Positions 29,427 to 38,315 of a stretch of DNA of 64,000 nt are shown here, piece after piece; within the stretch, counting starts at the first letter, position 1; each line of letters begins with the position of its first letter. The notes below the pieces were generated by a model that saw only the letters and a program-made list of their open reading frames with translations, ran no database searches and was not told where the DNA came from. The DNA lies in contig CADEDT010000004.1 in the NCBI GenBank assembly GCA_902826145.1, forward strand, positions 5,905 through 69,904, in the 5' to 3' direction. Position numbers and translations under genes: made by a program. Origin of the DNA: an uncultured Caulobacteraceae bacterium (GTDB taxonomy: Bacteria > Pseudomonadota > Alphaproteobacteria > Caulobacterales > Aquidulcibacteraceae).

Positions 29427-31019
29427 TTGAACGCCCCTATCCGCAGGATCATAGAAATGCGGGCAGTGAAATGGGCGGCAAGATTGGCGCGCGAATTCGA
29501 AGTCAAACTGGAGATACCGGCGTCAACAGTAAGCAAGGTCATGCGCTTGCCGTGGCTGTGGGAGTTGGCGACGGGCGAGCTGCGCGCCTCGCGCATCGCT
29601 TCAACGTACTATGACACGCCGAAATACGCGCTCCGCGAGCGCGGTATCACGCTTCGTGTGCGACGCGTTGGCTCCGCTCGCCTTCAAACCATCAAAGCAC
29701 GTGTGGCCGGCGGCGCACTGCCGATCGAGCGCGACGAGTGGGAAGAAGAGATCGTCGGCGACGAGCCCGAGCTCAAGCTTGCCGCCGGCACGCCGCTTGA
29801 CGGGATCTCGCGGAAAAAGCTGCGCCGCCAGCTCCAGCCTTGCTTCGAAATACAAGTCGACCGCAGCGCCTTCCCCATCCAATCCGCTAACAGCGCAATC
29901 GAGGTGGCGATCGACCGCGCCAGCATAGTGGGACCCAACCCCACATCGTTCTGCGAAATCGAGCTTGAACTTAAACGCGGCGCCTCCTCCGAACTCGCAC
30001 GGGTTGCGCGCCGCATTGCCAGCGAAGTGCCGGCGGCCTTGGTGCTCTCGACCAAAGCAGATCGCGGTTTTGCACTGAGGAAGGATGAGCCGCCTGGCCC
30101 GTTCCACGCAGAACCGATTGCACTCGATCCGTCAGCGCGAGTCAGCGAAGCTTTCCAAGCGATTGGCTGGTCGTGCATGCGCCACTTCGTACTGAACCGC
30201 AGCGCAGTCGAGGCAGCGGACGTGGGTGCGGTGGCGGAGATGCGCATGGGCATTGAGCGTCTGCACGCTGCTATGGCGGCGTTTGCGCGCTTGCTCGATG
30301 GCCCTGAAACCGACGCCGTTGCGAGCGAACTAAAATGGCTATCAAGCGAACTGCGCCCAGCCCACGAACTCGACGTCTTTTTGCGCGAAACGCTGAGCGC
30401 GACTTGCCCCCACATCGCACCCGCCGCGTTTGATCTCCTGCGTACCGACGCTCAATCCCGCCTGGAGCGCGCGCTTGGCCAGGCGCGAAGCGCTGTAACG
30501 AGCGATCGCTGCCGGCAGCTCATTCTTCGAATCGCGCTTTGGTTGGTCGCGGCGGAATGGTCCGACAGCGGCGCCGAAGCGCGCGATGAGCCTAACCGCC
30601 GCATCGCGGGCTTCGCGGGGCGCGCAATTCAAGAGCAGACGCGGAACACGTTCCGCAATTTGCGTCGCTTTCCCGTTCTCAACGAAGCGGAACGCGACGA
30701 ACTCCGGCGCGGGCTAACGGAATTGCGGCATGCAGCGGATTTTTTCGCCGACGTGCTCCCTAGCACCGGTTCGCGCAAGAAGCGGTCCGGCTTACGGCTA
30801 TCTAGACTTCTCACTCACATGGGGCGCCTTCACGACATCGCGGTTCATGAGCGACTACATGACGAGTTCATGCGCTCTTGGACGGATGAAGCAGCGCCGG
30901 ACGCGCAAGCGGCACACAAGGCGTTCGCAATGGGTTTCGCGCTCGGCCAATTGCAGCAAGAAAAAGAGCAGCGGGAGGCGGCGATCCGTAAACTGAAGGG
31001 GCGCGCGGCCAAGCGCTAG
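29427..31019 (+). CDS. CYTH + CHAD domain protein (start uncertain, possibly TTG 29484)
   Basis: EFEVKLE, STYYDTP, LRVRR, QTIK, EIELELK, SKADRG-like TKADRGF; degenerate CHAD C-terminus. Confidence 0.87.
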   Translation: MNAPIRRIIEMRAVKWAARLAREFEVKLEIPASTVSKVMRLPWLWELATGELRASRIASTYYDTPKYALRERGITLRVRRVGSARLQTIKARVAGGALPIERDEWEEEIVGDEPELKLAAGTPLDGISRKKLRRQLQPCFEIQVDRSAFPIQSANSAIEVAIDRASIVGPNPTSFCEIELELKRGASSELARVARRIASEVPAALVLSTKADRGFALRKDEPPGPFHAEPIALDPSARVSEAFQAIGWSCMRHFVLNRSAVEAADVGAVAEMRMGIERLHAAMAAFARLLDGPETDAVASELKWLSSELRPAHELDVFLRETLSATCPHIAPAAFDLLRTDAQSRLERALGQARSAVTSDRCRQLILRIALWLVAAEWSDSGAEARDEPNRRIAGFAGRAIQEQTRNTFRNLRRFPVLNEAERDELRRGLTELRHAADFFADVLPSTGSRKKRSGLRLSRLLTHMGRLHDIAVHERLHDEFMRSWTDEAAPDAQAAHKAFAMGFALGQLQQEKEQREAAIRKLKGRAAKR

Positions 31020-32596
31020 TTCGCCTTCGACTGCTCATCCAGCCAAGCGAAAAATGTCGGCAAGCACGCCTTCAGCTCGTTTGGCATGTACTCGAAATTT
31101 CGACCGCGATCGATGATTTCCCAGAAGTCCTTATTCTCGACGGTCTCAAGTTGACGCTGGATGATGCTCAAGCGTTCCGCCGGCTCGTCGCGCATATCGC
31201 GGGCAATGGCGCGAGCGCGATCTTCCTGACCGCTGCTGATGTAGTACGCGGCGAGTTTCACCTGCGCTTTGCGAACACCCATCAGCGCCTTCTCCTGCCC
31301 CCGAACAAACGGTGGCCGGTCCAGCTCCAGGAAATCGGCAACGATGCTCTGCTCCGCTGGAGAGTTATGTTCATTGGCGTGCTGCGCCAGCGCCGCGAGA
31401 TCGTACGCCACGGTCTCAGTGATAAAGCTCAACTCCATATCGAAGCTGACGAGGCCGTAGTACCTCATGTGCTTCACGCCATCACTTGCTGCCTTGTGCT
31501 GACCCAACTCAATCATGGACTCTACCAATTTGCGGTATTGGTTCAGCACATTGTAGGCGGTTCGCACGTTGTGGGCATTCAAGGTGGAACGCAGATAAGA
31601 ATTGAGGAAACGATAGACTAGGTTGATCAGCTCAGGGTCGTTGGCCCTGGCGGCCGCCTCGCCGATATACCGCGTATCAATAGCGATCACGTAGTTGACG
31701 TCGCGCATCTCGCTGAGGGCTTCATTGTAGATGCTCAGATACTGACGCATCACCTTCCATTCGACCCAGGTACGCCGCGCTTCCAAGTCGCCCAACGACT
31801 CTTCGTCCATCGCGACGAAATCCGGATTTGACCTGATATCCGGACCGATCAGGAACCAGGCCTCGCTCGCTTGCGATTTCACCTTGAGATACTCGACTGC
31901 GAAATCCTTCAGCGCATCGACAGCGGAGCTGGCGATGATTTTGTCCCTGCCCGAGATCGAATTGTTGGTGATGTCCGTTAGTTCTTCGAGCGCAAAGAGC
32001 ATTTGCGCCTGCGCCTCGAAGCAATGGCGCTTGTCAGCTTTGAGCGCGCCTTCGCTGACACTTTGTATGGCGTCATGCCGAATGTGTTTGACGAGATTTT
32101 GCGGCTCAAGGAACCAAAACACGTAGCCAAAGTACGGCATCATTATCACTAGGCCGCCCGTAGTCAGGCAGAGCATCCCGACCAACGACAGTCGCGGCAT
32201 CCAGTCCGCGTGAATTGCTGAGGTCAACCAGACTGACGTGCCGCAGGTAATGACGTAGTACGCTGCGACGCGAATATTGACGCGATCGCGTAGAAACATG
32301 CGCGCAACGCCAGTGTACCGGTCGGCAGAGAGCTGAACGATAATGCTGACAATTGTGATGACGATCCCGAACACCGCCACGTTGATGCCGGCCAGCGTCG
32401 CAACGGCGTCAGTGTCGGGGTCGAACGAGAAATATCGCGAGAAGGGGCCGCGAAATTCGGCGGCACTTCCTGACTGCGTAAAATAGTGATCCGCCGCGTA
32501 GAGGATCCAGAACAAGATCAGCGCGGCCCACGCGAGGATCGCCGTTTGCATTGCAAACTTGCGAAACGTCTCGCGGCGATCGTTGATAGTGCTCAT
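31016..32596 (-). CDS. DUF2254-like predicted membrane protein
   Basis: N-terminal TM helices with ITIVSIIVQLSADRYT motif, then a long helical cytoplasmic domain. Confidence 0.65.
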   Translation of the reverse strand: MSTINDRRETFRKFAMQTAILAWAALILFWILYAADHYFTQSGSAAEFRGPFSRYFSFDPDTDAVATLAGINVAVFGIVITIVSIIVQLSADRYTGVARMFLRDRVNIRVAAYYVITCGTSVWLTSAIHADWMPRLSLVGMLCLTTGGLVIMMPYFGYVFWFLEPQNLVKHIRHDAIQSVSEGALKADKRHCFEAQAQMLFALEELTDITNNSISGRDKIIASSAVDALKDFAVEYLKVKSQASEAWFLIGPDIRSNPDFVAMDEESLGDLEARRTWVEWKVMRQYLSIYNEALSEMRDVNYVIAIDTRYIGEAAARANDPELINLVYRFLNSYLRSTLNAHNVRTAYNVLNQYRKLVESMIELGQHKAASDGVKHMRYYGLVSFDMELSFITETVAYDLAALAQHANEHNSPAEQSIVADFLELDRPPFVRGQEKALMGVRKAQVKLAAYYISSGQEDRARAIARDMRDEPAERLSIIQRQLETVENKDFWEIIDRGRNFEYMPNELKACLPTFFAWLDEQSKAN

Positions 32597-32679
32597 GTTG
32601 CCGGCGCACCGGCCAGCCGAACGGCCAGGCGCCTAGCAACGTAATTGAGCGCAATCAATCGCACTTGCGACCCTGAGCG

Positions 32680-33057
32680 TCAGATACCTTCGAGGCGTGA
32701 GCTTACGATGCCCGCGATGATAACCGCCGCGTAGCAAGCAAACATCAGCGCTGCGAACTCAGAACCGAGAGAGGGATCGAGGTTCGGAAACACGATGTGG
32801 AAGCTGTTGATCTCGTAGATGCCAACCAGAAGACCAGGCACCGCCATGATCGACGCCGCTTCGGCGCGATCGGTCTGAACGACGCGGAATATCTTCAGGA
32901 ACAGAAAGGTCACGATCAGCAAAGCGATGGGAAGCGTCATGAAGAGCCATGAGACGCCGCCGGCGCCTGCCGTGAACACCTGTTCGCCTACAAAGCGAAA
33001 CGCCAACGCAATTGCGATCCAGAGCACAAAGCCGAACGCCATCCAACGAACAATCAT
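32680..33057 (-). CDS. DUF5367-like small membrane protein
   Basis: Four hydrophobic segments; GFVLWIAIALAFRFVG, VFPNL. Confidence 0.6.
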   Translation of the reverse strand: MIVRWMAFGFVLWIAIALAFRFVGEQVFTAGAGGVSWLFMTLPIALLIVTFLFLKIFRVVQTDRAEAASIMAVPGLLVGIYEINSFHIVFPNLDPSLGSEFAALMFACYAAVIIAGIVSSRLEGI

Positions 33058-33823
33058 TACTTCCCCCTAAGGTTTGCGCGACGCGCACGTTAAGAGTTCC
33101 CCGCGGCCCGGGCAATGCCTGGCCGCGTTCTGCGCGAACGGATTAATCCGTTATATTTCAATAGGGAAGTTTGGTCACCCGGCTTTGCCAGAGGGTGCGC
33201 TCGTGCGGACAATTGTTGGCGCACCCAGGCGCAGCGTCCATTTATGGCGAACCGATCAACCTCGGCGACAAGCGGTTCTGGGCTGATCGTACGGGCCTCA
33301 CGGCGCCCAAGCCGGCATCGCCTCGCGGGCGGAAAGGATAAACAATTTTATCGGCCAGCATCATCGCCTCCACCTGAACGTGCATGACGCCAAACCATCC
33401 TTGCGCCGAGACCTTCGGCACGCTTGCTGACACGCCGAGTACAGCATCCAGTTTCGAGCGCCGCTCTCGAACAAGAGACACCTTGGGCTTGCGCACAATG
33501 ACGCGCCCAAAACCCATAGCGACGCGGCGATCAAACGGATGGCATCGTTGATGCGCACACCATGAATGTGCACTTCCCCGCGCTGGTCCATACCTCGGCG
33601 CTACAAACCATCACCGTTCAGCTCAGCAAGTTTGTTCGCGGTTGCAAGTACAAGCGTCGCAGATCTGAAGCATGCGTTACGGCCCAAGGCCGACCTAGCG
33701 GGTCTTGCCTCCCGAGCGCTCGCTTGAGCACGTTCGATCGCGACAGTTTCCCGCCGTTCGACAGCGCGCGCCTAGACCTGTACTCAATGTAAGCTAGTCG
33801 GCACGCGACGGCGGGGAGACGAA

Positions 33824-36232
33824 ATGGCCGGGGGCACGCACGCTGGTATCCGCCATATCGTGTATCTCATGCTGGAGAACCGGTCACTCGATAACGTGCT
33901 CGGCTGGCTATACGAGGACGGCTCGCCCAGACACGTGCTTCCGCCAGGCTCATCGCCTCACTTCGACGGGCTTCGCGCGGACCTGTTTGGTCGCGACGCG
34001 AACGGAAACAAGCATCCCGTCATACGCGGCACGGGCGGACGCCACGCGGTTCCGCGCTTCGACCCCTACGAGACCTATGAGCACGTCAACTATCAGTTGT
34101 TTGGGACCGAGACGACGCCGGTCAAGCCACTGCATGACAAGCCCCCCGAGCCGAAGATGGACGGCTTCTACCGGGACTACGCCAAGTGGTATCGCAACAG
34201 CGACGAAATCATGATGAGCTACACACCGGAAGAACTTCCGGTGCTCAACACGCTGGCGCGCAGGTTTGCCGTTTCCGACAGATACTTCTCGTCGGTACCT
34301 ACACAAACAAACTGCAATCGCGCATTTGCTGCGGCCGGTAATTCGCTCGGCCTCGACAAGAGCGGCCAGCAAACCGCCTGGGTGAACAATCGCAATTCGA
34401 ACTGGCTGGCCAGACCGGGCGGCGTTCAATTCAGCGAGCGAACGTTGTGGAACGTGCTGGATGAACAAGGCCAGAACCAAGCCAGCGACTGGATGATCTT
34501 TCACAGCAAAGGGAACTGGCTGGAAAATCTCCTAGGCGCCGAGGGCTACCCATACACACGCCGGATCATGCAGCGATTGCAGGATCGCCGTTTCGACAAG
34601 CACTTTGCGGAGGTTGGATCTGCCAGCGGCGCGTCTGAGAGCACGTTGTTCGGAATGATCGAACGCGGAACGTTGCCAAGGTTCAGCTTTATTGAGCCCT
34701 CGTGGACTCTGCCTTTCGGGCCAGGGCTGGGCCCCAATGGCACGGACTATCACCCGCCTGGCGACATCCGGAAAGGTGAGCGTTTCCTAAAGCAGCTGTA
34801 CGAAGCACTCAGCAGCAAACCCGACATCTGGAATTCGCTGCTGCTCATCATCAATTTCGACGAGCACGGAGGCACCTACGATCACGTGCCACCGCCATGG
34901 ACTGCGACGCCACCCTGGCACGACACCGACGACACGCCGAAGCCAACATCTTTCGAGGGTGGCTTCCATTTCGATCGCTTCGGCGTGCGGGTGCCGCTCA
35001 TTCTAGTCTCGCCGTTTGTCCGCGAGAGCACGGTGTTTCGCGCTGAGGGTAACGTCCCGTTCGATCACACTTCGGTGCTTGCAACGATCCTTGAACTGAT
35101 GGGCGTGGAACGACATCACTGGCGCCTTGGCGCGCGTGTCAAACACGCCCCTTGTTTCAGCGACGTCCTATCCCAGCGCCGACGCGATGATATTCCCAAT
35201 CTTGAGGGCTCACCTGTGCAAGACGCGAACATGAGCAAACGTCTCTACGACGCCCTTCTCACCGACTACCCGGATCATCGATCCGGCACGAGACCCGTGC
35301 ACGCCATAGGCATCGGCGCGACCGGTTACTTCGTCGCCTCAGACGATGCCCGTCGATACACGCACGCCGAACAGTTTCAGGACGCGGTCACGCCTGTCAC
35401 AGTGCGGTTCTCCAATGGCTCTGGTTCACCGGTGGAGCACGACAGCGCGCTCGATGTGCGAGGGATGGCGGTGAAATTCCACCTTCGCGACGGTGGCGAG
35501 TCGGATCTCATCGCCATAACGCTCCCAATCTTCTTCGCGCAAAACCCGCAGGAATTTCTGCAGTTCGCAGCCGCCGGCGTGCCGGTCCCGGATAAGCCGG
35601 AAGGTTGGTTCAAACGCATGCTCGACATGCTGCAGTTGCGCGCGCCGCCGCGTCGGCCGGACCTTCCCGAAGACGGCACCGTTGGCGTCGTGCGCTATGC
35701 GAACACGCACATGGCTGCCAGGTCGGGCACGGTTGCCGCCACCATGCTCGTCACACCTGCAAGCTATGCACGCGCCGCCTACCACGCGCTGCATACGTTC
35801 AAACTCGTTGCCGCGGACGGCGCCGTCACTTTCTGCCGCTTCGATTGGGAGCCTGTGGCCGGCGTGATCCCGTTTCTTGAGAAGGGCGTGCACGACAAAT
35901 TTCTTCACGAAGAACTGCGCGAACGCATTAAACGCGGGCCAATTCGGTTCGTGCTTCGCATGAATGTCGCCGGCCAAGGCGATGACATCAACGACCCCAC
36001 AAAAGTGTGGGACACAACACGGCTGCGTGTCGTGCTGGGCGAGCTGTGGATCACGGCGCTCGCGGCCGAGAACGGCGCTGACTGTGAGCGCCTTAGTTTC
36101 AACCCAACACGCCTCGCGCTGGGCATCGAATGTTCAGATGACCCTGTGCTCGCCGCCCGACGCCAGGCCTACGAATACTCGTGCCGGCTTCGCGGCGGCA
36201 GTGGCTGTCCTGTGGGAGGGGATCAGTGGTGA
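33824..36232 (+). CDS. Fusion: phosphoesterase (PlcH/AcpA phospholipase C-acid phosphatase family) + catalase-like heme domain
   Basis: N-terminal: MLENRSLDN, YFSSVPTQTNCNR, DYHPP, NFDEHGGTYDHVPPP, GVRVPLILVSP, FDHTS. C-terminal: RPVHAIG, VRFSNG, DVRGMAVKF, RRQAYEYS. Single 802-aa ORF. Confidence 0.88.
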   Translation: MAGGTHAGIRHIVYLMLENRSLDNVLGWLYEDGSPRHVLPPGSSPHFDGLRADLFGRDANGNKHPVIRGTGGRHAVPRFDPYETYEHVNYQLFGTETTPVKPLHDKPPEPKMDGFYRDYAKWYRNSDEIMMSYTPEELPVLNTLARRFAVSDRYFSSVPTQTNCNRAFAAAGNSLGLDKSGQQTAWVNNRNSNWLARPGGVQFSERTLWNVLDEQGQNQASDWMIFHSKGNWLENLLGAEGYPYTRRIMQRLQDRRFDKHFAEVGSASGASESTLFGMIERGTLPRFSFIEPSWTLPFGPGLGPNGTDYHPPGDIRKGERFLKQLYEALSSKPDIWNSLLLIINFDEHGGTYDHVPPPWTATPPWHDTDDTPKPTSFEGGFHFDRFGVRVPLILVSPFVRESTVFRAEGNVPFDHTSVLATILELMGVERHHWRLGARVKHAPCFSDVLSQRRRDDIPNLEGSPVQDANMSKRLYDALLTDYPDHRSGTRPVHAIGIGATGYFVASDDARRYTHAEQFQDAVTPVTVRFSNGSGSPVEHDSALDVRGMAVKFHLRDGGESDLIAITLPIFFAQNPQEFLQFAAAGVPVPDKPEGWFKRMLDMLQLRAPPRRPDLPEDGTVGVVRYANTHMAARSGTVAATMLVTPASYARAAYHALHTFKLVAADGAVTFCRFDWEPVAGVIPFLEKGVHDKFLHEELRERIKRGPIRFVLRMNVAGQGDDINDPTKVWDTTRLRVVLGELWITALAAENGADCERLSFNPTRLALGIECSDDPVLAARRQAYEYSCRLRGGSGCPVGGDQW

Positions 36233-36870
36233 AAGGCTTTTTCCGGAGTATCTGGACGTTTCTGCAGCATCTGCTTGAGCGCATTCTTATTGCCTTTTGG
36301 CGCCGGGCTGCTCCCATAAAGGTCGCCGAACCGGGTTATTCGACGGTGCTGGCTGACAATCTGCAGATGCACATGAATCTTGTCATGCCGCTGGCAGATC
36401 AGACAGCCGTGGGCCGCGCACGAGCCGCACAAGCCATTGCAGCGAACATCGACGAATTGTTCACGGGCCTCAACAATGTTGGCACCGTGCACTTCGCGCG
36501 CTTCGATCTCATTGGCGGAAATCTCTGCATGTATTCCGTGTTTGACGGAGATTTCCGCGCATACATTCGCGACTTCATATGCGTGTTCGGCTCCGTCTTC
36601 GATTCCTTGCTTGGTCTCGTTGCGGATCCGCCACCCTCACCCTCCGCGCTCAATCCAGAGGCGTTCATCGACTGGATTCACCGCCACGATTCTTTCCAAA
36701 TCCCGCGAGATCTCACGTCGCTGTTTCCAGAGGAGAAGAACCTCGAAAACTTGTCGCGCGATTTGGTGCTCTTGCTCGATGAAAAGCCCAACGTGCAGCT
36801 TGGCCGCTTCAGCGGTTATCCCGGCGTATCGGTCGCTCAAATTCGTCATGGCGCCGGGTTGGGTTGGTGA
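36229..36870 (+). CDS. Uncharacterised protein of the type seen beside DyP/catalase-like genes (GTVHFARF motif)
   Basis: LNNVGTVHFARFDLI...SVFDGDFRAYIRDF; GTG start overlaps upstream stop and its stop overlaps the DyP ATG. Confidence 0.75.
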   Translation: MKGFFRSIWTFLQHLLERILIAFWRRAAPIKVAEPGYSTVLADNLQMHMNLVMPLADQTAVGRARAAQAIAANIDELFTGLNNVGTVHFARFDLIGGNLCMYSVFDGDFRAYIRDFICVFGSVFDSLLGLVADPPPSPSALNPEAFIDWIHRHDSFQIPRDLTSLFPEEKNLENLSRDLVLLLDEKPNVQLGRFSGYPGVSVAQIRHGAGLGW

Positions 36871-38309
36871 TGAGCAACAACCTCAACTTCGCCGACGTGC
36901 AGGGCAACATTCTGCGCGGCTACGGCAAACAATATGTCCGCCATCTTGTGCTCACCGTCGCCAACGCCAGCGCCGCGCGGCGCTGGCTGTCTGAGGCCAC
37001 CAGTGGTGACGAAAGCGCCGCGCCTCAGATCACCAACGCCGAGCCGTGGACCGAACGCCGCCGCACGTGCGTAAACGTGGGCATCACACGTGATGGTCTC
37101 GCGGCTTTTGGCGTGCCCGCTGCTTCACTCAACAGTTTCCCGCACGAGTTCGTAGCGGGCATGGCCGCACGTAACACGCTGCTCGGCGACACCGGCCCGA
37201 GCGACCCTTCGAAATGGAAGGAGGAGTGGAAAGGCGATGGCGTTCACCTGATGATCTCGGTGTACGCCGATGACGCACAGGACCGGACCGCCACCGCCGA
37301 TCGCATTCTCGCTGCCCGCGGCGCTTTTCACCTGCGTGCCGCACTCGACGGCGACGGCTTTCCTGGCGGCGTCGTTCACTTCGGCTACCGCGACAGCATC
37401 TCGCAGCCACAGTTTTACGGCGTGCACGATCCCGACCGCCGCCGCGATGACCAGCCCTTCGTCGAAATCGGCGCCATGCTTCTTGGTCACGCCACGCCGA
37501 TTGAGAACTTGCGTTGGGAAGTGCCGAAACCAAATGTGCTCGGTTACAACGGCTGCTTCAACGCGTTCCGCGTACTTGAGCAGCAAGTGGTTGAGTTCGA
37601 GGCGTTCCTTAGCGAATGCGCCGACGCGCTGATCAAAAATCCGCTGAGCGAAGTGGTGTTGCCGCCGGGAGAAGAAGCCAAATGGGATCCGCCGATGAGC
37701 CGCCATGCGGCTCTGCGCGAAGTGGTTGCAGCGAAGATGCTCGGCCGTTGGCGCAATGGCGTGCCTCTCGCTTTGTCGCCGATCACACCCTCGCCACAGC
37801 CGGCAATCACCGACGCAGGTCTCAACAATTATGGCTACTCGTCCGATCCCGATGGCCAGCGCTGCCCGATCGGCAGCCACATGCGCAGAAGCAATCCGCG
37901 CGACGCAAAAACGGTGCAACGCAATACAAACCATGCGCGCCGTCTTGTTCGACGCGGCATCCCTTACGGACCACAATACGACCCGGCCCATCCCGTGAAG
38001 GCCGAGCGCGGGCTGTTGGGTTCATTTATGTGCGCAAGCCTCACCGGACAGTTTGAGGCCATCCAATACGATTGGACCAATCTAGGCCTCCAGGATCCGC
38101 GCATCACCGGCTCAAACGATCCGATCCTTGGCAATAATGATCCGTTGTTCAGCCGGTTCTCTTTCCCGGTCGGAGACGGCATGGTCAAATTTCGCGGCTT
38201 TCCGCACTTCGTGCATACAAAAGGCGGCGCCTACCTCTTTCAGCCCAGTATGAGCGCCATTCGTCATCTCGCCACGCTCTCTGGCGGCGGGACCGTCAAC
38301 AGGCGATAG
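36870..38309 (+). CDS. Dye-decolorizing (DyP-type) heme peroxidase
   Basis: DVQGNILRGY, HFGYRDSISQP, NGCFNAFRVLEQ, GSHMRRSNPR, RRGIPYG, GGAYLFQPS. Confidence 0.92.
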   Translation: MSNNLNFADVQGNILRGYGKQYVRHLVLTVANASAARRWLSEATSGDESAAPQITNAEPWTERRRTCVNVGITRDGLAAFGVPAASLNSFPHEFVAGMAARNTLLGDTGPSDPSKWKEEWKGDGVHLMISVYADDAQDRTATADRILAARGAFHLRAALDGDGFPGGVVHFGYRDSISQPQFYGVHDPDRRRDDQPFVEIGAMLLGHATPIENLRWEVPKPNVLGYNGCFNAFRVLEQQVVEFEAFLSECADALIKNPLSEVVLPPGEEAKWDPPMSRHAALREVVAAKMLGRWRNGVPLALSPITPSPQPAITDAGLNNYGYSSDPDGQRCPIGSHMRRSNPRDAKTVQRNTNHARRLVRRGIPYGPQYDPAHPVKAERGLLGSFMCASLTGQFEAIQYDWTNLGLQDPRITGSNDPILGNNDPLFSRFSFPVGDGMVKFRGFPHFVHTKGGAYLFQPSMSAIRHLATLSGGGTVNRR

Positions 38310-38315
38310 AGACGA

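Noticed and set aside
33058..33823. ~760-bp gap with short ORFs; the fragment HVQVEAMMLADKIVYP faintly recalls a decayed hemerythrin gene
   Set aside because: Motif spacing is wrong and it is split across frames; not supportable without a translated search.
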